Source of the DNA: an uncultured delta proteobacterium
GTDB lineage: Bacteria > Desulfobacterota > Syntrophia > Syntrophales > UBA5619
Reading direction: 5' to 3'
DNA length: 64,000 nt
NCBI GenBank assembly: GCA_963817385.1
Contig: CAWFOM010000020.1
Span: forward strand, 1 to 64,000
Shown here one piece after another: positions 59,036 through 64,000 of the stretch. Position 1 is the first letter of the stretch, and each line of letters opens with the position of its first letter. A program made the translations under genes and the position numbers. The notes beneath the pieces are model-generated. The model saw only the letters and a program-made list of their open reading frames with translations, was not told the origin of the DNA and searched no databases.

Positions 59036-59182
59036 ACGGCGGGAGCGCCGCCAGCGGACGGATGCTGCTCCCGCGCCCTGGACGTCCCGCCGCAGAAGGC
59101 ATGTGCATGGATAACAATCGAGAAGGGACGGGCTGGTTCTGCGGCGAGCGGGAGAGCCCCACCGCGGTAAAAGGAGATATTC

Positions 59183-59704
59183 ATGGAAGAACGTTTGAAC
59201 GCACTGGAAATCGCACTGAACAACGAGATGAACGAACACCGCTTCTATCAGAAAAACGCCGAGCGGACGGCGAATCCCGTAGGCAGGGCGATGTTCACGC
59301 AGATCGCGGGCGAGGAGCTGGAACATTACGAGAGGCTCAAACAGCTCTCCGAGATCTGGAAAGAGAACAAGAAATGGCCGGAAACCCTTCCCCTCAAGGT
59401 GAAGGACACAGCCGTCAGGGCCGTTTTCCTGAATGCCGCCCAGACGAGCGGGAAGCCTGAGTCTGGCGGGAATCAAGACGAACTGCAGGCGATTCGTACG
59501 GCCATCGAATTCGAAGCAAAGGGGGCGGCATTCTATGCGAAGCTCCGGGATCAGTCGACCGATCCGAAGGAGAAGGCGTTCTTCGGGCTCATGGCCGATA
59601 TCGAACATGAACACTTTGCCTCCCTTAAGGATACGGAGGAGTTCTTTGTCGATCCGGGTGCCTGGTTCCAGAGGGTCGAGAGCACGGACCTCGACGGTGC
59701 CTAA
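59183..59704 (+). CDS. Ferritin-like (rubrerythrin-type diiron) protein
   Basis: Two A...E....FY...ExxH repeats (EELEH, EHEH); AAGGAG RBS. Confidence 0.88.
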   Translation: MEERLNALEIALNNEMNEHRFYQKNAERTANPVGRAMFTQIAGEELEHYERLKQLSEIWKENKKWPETLPLKVKDTAVRAVFLNAAQTSGKPESGGNQDELQAIRTAIEFEAKGAAFYAKLRDQSTDPKEKAFFGLMADIEHEHFASLKDTEEFFVDPGAWFQRVESTDLDGA

Positions 59705-59725
59705 CGGAGGCGGTGGGTCAGCATG

Positions 59726-59762
59726 AAAAAAGCGGGCCGGAATGAGCCGGTCCGCTTTTCTT
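59726..59762. terminator. Bidirectional intrinsic terminator between convergent genes
   Basis: AAAAAAGCGGGCCGG-aatgag-CCGGTCCGCTTTTCTT. Confidence 0.75.
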
Positions 59763-59893
59763 GACGCCTGTGGGGGTCATTGAAGTTTTACTTGAGCATA
59801 CAACGGTAAAGTATCGATTCTCAAGATGAATAACATTCCATTGTTGTTTGTACCCCCCGCGGTTTTCCGCGGCCGATGTGCTCACCGGCGGAT

Positions 59894-61927
59894 TCAACAC
59901 CGCAGGGATTCTTCCAGCGTCTCCAGCCTCAGGCTCAGATCGTTCCACTGGTAGTAGAAGTCCTCCAACTCCACCGAGATGGCCTTGAGCTCCTGATCGA
60001 GCTGCCTGATCCGCTCCGGTTCCCGGTAGATCTCCGGTTCGCAGAGGATCAGTTCATTTTCCTTCCGCTTCAACTCCAGAGAGGCGATCCGTTCCTCGGT
60101 CTCACTGAGTTCGCGTTTCAGTGCCGACGTCGCCCGCGAGATCCGGTTCCTCTCCTCGGCCTCCTGCCGTTTTTCATCCTTCGATTTGCGGTTCTTCTCC
60201 TCCCGGGGCCTGCTGCCCGGATCATCCGCGGGCGATGCGGCCGGTTGCTCGGCCGGAAAGGCCGCAGGGTGAGAGGGGAGGGCGGAAGCCGCGGTCTGCG
60301 CCTCGCGCCGCTTTTCGATGAAATAGGAATAGTTGCCCCGGTACTCGTGGCAGACGCCGTCCCTAAGCTCGAAGACGCGGCCGACGAGGCAGTCGAGGAA
60401 ATAGCGGTCGTGGGAGACGATCAGGATCGTCCCCTGATAACTGAGCAGGGCGTTCTGAAAGATCTCCCGGGTCTTGATGTCGAGGTGGTTTGTCGGTTCG
60501 TCGAGGATGAGGAGGTTCGTGTCCGTCAGAAGGATCTTCAGGAGGGCGAGGCGGGATTTCTCCCCGCCGGAGAGGACGGAGATCTCCTTGTAGATATCGT
60601 CACCGGAGAAGAGAAAGGCGCCCAGGAGGTTCCGCCGCTCCTGGTCGTTGCTTCTTGTTCCCGCGGTGTTCACCTCCTCCCAGATGGTCCGCTGGTAGTC
60701 GAGGTTCTGGGCGCTTTCCTGCGAGAAGAAGGCCATCTTTACGTTCAAGCCCATGACGACCTCGCCCGCCGTCGGCGCCTCGTCAACGCTCAAGATCCGA
60801 GAGAGGGTCGATTTTCCCGCCCCGTTCACCCCGACGACGGCCGCCTTTTCTCCCCGATAGAGGGTGAAATTTACATCATGGAAGACGGTGAGATCCCCGT
60901 AGGATTTGGCGAGGCGGCGCACGCAGAGGACCTCCTTGCCGCTCCGGGGGCTTTCGGGGAAGCGGATCGTAACGGTTTTTCCGCTCCCCTCCTCCCGGAC
61001 GAGGTCAAACTTCTCCAACTGCTTCAGGCGGCTCTGGACCTGGCTCGCCTTCGTGGCCTTATAGCGGAAGCGCTCGACAAATTCGCGGATCCGCTTGATC
61101 TCCGCCCGCTGGAGCTCCATCTCCTTCTTCAGGGCCTCGCGGCGCCGCTCCTTCTCCCGCAGGTAATAGGAGTAGTTACCCTTGTAGATTGTGATCGTCC
61201 GGTTGGCGAGCTCGGCGATCACGGTGACGATCTTGTCCAGAAAGACGCGGTCGTGGGCGATGGTGATGATCGTGCCGGGATAGTCCTTGAGCCAGCTCTC
61301 CAGCCACTCCAGGCTCTCCGTGTCCAGGTGGTTGGTCGGCTCGTCGAGGAGCATGATGTCCGGCCGGGAGAGGAGGATGACGGCGAGCATGATCCGCATC
61401 TTCCATCCGCCGGAGAAATCCCCGCAGTTCTTGGTGAAATCGCTCTCCCGAAACCCGAATCCGGCGAGGATCTGTTTCGCCTGCGCCTCGAAGGCGTAGC
61501 CGTCCTTTGCCTGGAAGCGGGAGATATCGTCTTCGTACTCCTTCAGGAGCTTCTCGTGGGCCGGGTCGTCCGGATCGGCCTGGGAGAGCGCCTCCTCGCT
61601 CAGTTTTACCGCCTCCTCCAGAACGGCGATGCCGCTCTTGTGCCGGAGGTAGTCCATGAGGGGCACCGGGTCGAGTTCGACCAGGTCCTGGGGGAGATAG
61701 CCGATCGTCGCCCGTTTGCGGTCGGGGATCTCGATTGTGCCGCTGTCGAGATCCACGCTGCCGAGGATCGCCCGCAGAAGGGTCGTCTTCCCCGTCCCGT
61801 TGTCGCCGACGAGGCCGACACGGCCGCGGTCCGTGATCGTCCAGGTGATCCGATCGAAGATCTTCCGGTCGGCAAATGAAAGGCTGATGTCCCTCAGGTA
61901 AATCAATGTCCTTGAAACCTCGTGCAA
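59894..61927 (-). CDS. ABC-F family ATP-binding protein (Uup/YheS-like)
   Basis: Two NBDs (GDNGTGKT, FSGGW, LLDEPTNHLD; GVNGAGKS, LSGGE, ILDEPTNHLD), no TM, C-terminal coiled coil. Confidence 0.95.
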   Translation of the reverse strand: MHEVSRTLIYLRDISLSFADRKIFDRITWTITDRGRVGLVGDNGTGKTTLLRAILGSVDLDSGTIEIPDRKRATIGYLPQDLVELDPVPLMDYLRHKSGIAVLEEAVKLSEEALSQADPDDPAHEKLLKEYEDDISRFQAKDGYAFEAQAKQILAGFGFRESDFTKNCGDFSGGWKMRIMLAVILLSRPDIMLLDEPTNHLDTESLEWLESWLKDYPGTIITIAHDRVFLDKIVTVIAELANRTITIYKGNYSYYLREKERRREALKKEMELQRAEIKRIREFVERFRYKATKASQVQSRLKQLEKFDLVREEGSGKTVTIRFPESPRSGKEVLCVRRLAKSYGDLTVFHDVNFTLYRGEKAAVVGVNGAGKSTLSRILSVDEAPTAGEVVMGLNVKMAFFSQESAQNLDYQRTIWEEVNTAGTRSNDQERRNLLGAFLFSGDDIYKEISVLSGGEKSRLALLKILLTDTNLLILDEPTNHLDIKTREIFQNALLSYQGTILIVSHDRYFLDCLVGRVFELRDGVCHEYRGNYSYFIEKRREAQTAASALPSHPAAFPAEQPAASPADDPGSRPREEKNRKSKDEKRQEAEERNRISRATSALKRELSETEERIASLELKRKENELILCEPEIYREPERIRQLDQELKAISVELEDFYYQWNDLSLRLETLEESLRC

Positions 61928-62248
61928 TGGTCTTTTCTCACGGGGAGAGATTTAAAGTCTGCCCCGATTATGGCGCCTTATATCAGGACTTTTGTTCCAA
62001 GGAAAGCAAATGCTGCAACCCCGGAGAGCCGAATTGGGTAGTTTACCATGTATCCCCGGGAGAGGGGAATAGCCCTCGGATCGGACATTGGGAGGGCAAT
62101 CATGGGAAAATTATTGACAAGCCGGGTATGAAGTGTGAGATTTATGCCAGGCACGGTACGGAGCAGGCGAGGAGAAAGTCCCTGTCGGACGGAGATGGAA
62201 GCGTCATGGTTTCCGATCACATTTTCTTGAAGAAAGGATTATCGGCGC

Positions 62249-62806
62249 ATGAATATCGTCTTTACGTTGACCGGTCCTGACCGGATCGGGATTGTCGATG
62301 AGGTGACCCGGATGCTGCTTGAAGCGGGAGGCAACGTGGAAACCAGCCGCATGACCCGCCTGGGTGGAGAATTCGCGATCCTGATGCTGGTCTCCATTCC
62401 ATCGGAAGAGCTCGCCGGGCTGGACAAGAACATCGCGACCTTTGCGGCGCAGGGATACAAAGTAACGACCGGCCAAACCAGTCTCAGCTACGCCGAACGT
62501 TTTCCCGGCTGGCTGCCCCGTCAGATCGAAATTCGCGGGGCCGACCATGAAGGGATCGTCCACGAGATCGCCCATATTCTCTCACAACGCGGCATCAGCA
62601 TCGAATCCATGGATACCGGGACCACGCGGGCGCCGATCAGCGGCATGCCCCTGTTCACGATGACCGCCGCTGTTATTGTCCCTCCCGGATTCTCCGGCCG
62701 GGACTGGGAAGACGCATTGAACGATGCGGCGGATCGTTTGAGTGTCGAGATCAAGGTAACCGCTCCCAAAGAAAGAATGAATGATGGACGGGCTCAGGCG
62801 GCATAA
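62249..62806 (+). CDS. Tandem ACT-domain protein (GcvR-like)
   Basis: GPDRIGIV...GGNVETSRM and GADHEGIVHE ACT motifs. Confidence 0.88.
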   Translation: MNIVFTLTGPDRIGIVDEVTRMLLEAGGNVETSRMTRLGGEFAILMLVSIPSEELAGLDKNIATFAAQGYKVTTGQTSLSYAERFPGWLPRQIEIRGADHEGIVHEIAHILSQRGISIESMDTGTTRAPISGMPLFTMTAAVIVPPGFSGRDWEDALNDAADRLSVEIKVTAPKERMNDGRAQAA

Positions 62807-62859
62807 CCGCACGGTTTTGTTCAATCCGGTGAGGAAATTACCCGAAGGAGGTTTCACCC

Positions 62860-63603
62860 ATGGTTGTTGTGGATGCGATGCGGATTGTGCACGAAGCCGT
62901 TGAAGCCCACGGCGGGATGGAGTATTGGAACACCCTCGAGGCACTTGATGCGGAAATTTCGGCAAGCGGATTCCTCTTCACGGCAAAGCGGCGACCGGTC
63001 CTGTGCCACGTCCGCATGCGGGCTGCCGCTTGTGAACCGAGGTTCTCCTTCTTTAATTTCCCGAAGCCGGGACAGACTGCCGAACTCATCGGGAACGATG
63101 AAGTCCGCATCCTGGACGGCGAGGGAACGATTGTCGCGCGACGAGAAAATCCACGAGCGGCATTCCGCGGCATTCGCCGGCTGGTTATCTGGGACGACCT
63201 GGATTTCATCTACTTTGGAGGATATGCTACCTGGAATTATTTAACGGCCCCCTTCCTGCTGATGCGCAGGGGCTTTGTCATCGAGGCACTTGAACCGCTG
63301 ACCGGAGACCTGGCGCCGCTCACCCGGTTGCAGGTGACCTTCCCCGACGACATCCCCACGCACTCCCGCACGCAGATATTTTACTTCGATGAAGAACGCC
63401 TGCTGCGTCGCATCGATTATACGGCGGAGGTCGTCGGCGGCTGGGCGCACGCCGCTCATTTCTGCGACGAATACCGGACATTCGGCGGGATCAAGGCGCC
63501 GACCGTGCGGCGGGTGCTGCCCCTTCCCTTCGGACACAGGCCGCTGCCTGGACCGGTGCTGGTGGAGCTGAAGGTGCACGATATCAGGCCTGTCTCGGCT
63601 TAA
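62860..63603 (+). CDS. Hypothetical protein
   Basis: Strong AAGGAGG RBS, 247 aa ORF in line with the ACT gene; no catalytic motif recognised. Confidence 0.75.
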   Translation: MVVVDAMRIVHEAVEAHGGMEYWNTLEALDAEISASGFLFTAKRRPVLCHVRMRAAACEPRFSFFNFPKPGQTAELIGNDEVRILDGEGTIVARRENPRAAFRGIRRLVIWDDLDFIYFGGYATWNYLTAPFLLMRRGFVIEALEPLTGDLAPLTRLQVTFPDDIPTHSRTQIFYFDEERLLRRIDYTAEVVGGWAHAAHFCDEYRTFGGIKAPTVRRVLPLPFGHRPLPGPVLVELKVHDIRPVSA

Positions 63604-63785
63604 GGCCGATCACCGCACCGATTGGACGGTAGACTTCCCGGTAGAGCGACCAATTTCTAGCAGTGATGCGCTCCCCAGGAGCCCGGTTCACGAATCGTTT
63701 CCGGTGGTCGCGATTATCCCGTGCCGTCGGTAGCCCCATGTGTGCCGGGCACGGCACGGAAGGAACAAGGATAGGAGTAGGGCAC

Positions 63786-64000
63786 GTGCCGCATCGCGAG
63801 GTAACCCGAATAATCGAGTCGATTCACACTCACGAGTCCGCAATCTGGTGGATCGCCGGTGCGTCGATCGTTACCTTCATTGCGACCCTGATCGTCGTGC
63901 CGTGGTTGATTGTTCGAATCCCTCCCGACTATTTTGCACACGGGAGGCGACAGCGGAAGCAGTGGGCCAATCGGCATTCAATCGTCCGAGGGGTGCTCTT
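63786..64000 (+). CDS. Membrane protein (PGPGW-family-like), truncated by the window edge
   Basis: GTG after AGGAG; reads ...WWIAGASIVTFIATLIVVPWLIVRIPPDYF... and stays open to the end of the window. Confidence 0.6.
   Translation, partial: MPHREVTRIIESIHTHESAIWWIAGASIVTFIATLIVVPWLIVRIPPDYFAHGRRQRKQWANRHSIVRGVL

Noticed and set aside
59876..61879. 667 aa plus-strand ORF
   Set aside because: Antisense shadow of the ABC-F gene; no motifs; expected from GC-rich codon bias.
1..64000. tRNA, rRNA, CRISPR array, transposase or integrase
   Set aside because: No cloverleaf or T-loop signature, regularly spaced repeats or recombinase motifs were recognised by eye.

Overview
A 64 kb stretch of chromosome from an anaerobic, moderately GC-rich bacterium. 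The gene set (NfnAB, rubrerythrin, complex I lacking NuoEFG, kup under a c-di-AMP riboswitch) fits Desulfobacterota/Syntrophales, but that assignment is inference. Contents: a TRAP transporter; an orphan A-PCP-KS-AT(inactive) NRPS/PKS hybrid; nfnAB; a TMTC-like glycosyltransferase next to a polyprenyl-phosphate phosphoribosyltransferase and an SDR; kup; a 12-gene complex I-like operon with four antiporter-like subunits; a CxxCH-containing diguanylate cyclase; a TPP-riboswitch thiamine salvage operon that runs into a CCA-type nucleotidyltransferase; a CHAT lipoprotein lacking its catalytic His; and rubrerythrin/ferritin-like, ABC-F and ACT genes. The best candidate for an undescribed system is a tightly packed three-gene module at 52.8-58.1 kb: a PilZ-GNAT acyltransferase-like protein, a V4R/H-NOX-like sensor HD-GYP phosphodiesterase and a SAM methyltransferase. 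It looks like a c-di-GMP-coupled circuit that makes and senses a small molecule. Three otherwise intact genes carry single-base insertions, probably sequencing errors. I found no rRNA, tRNA, CRISPR array or transposase/integrase.
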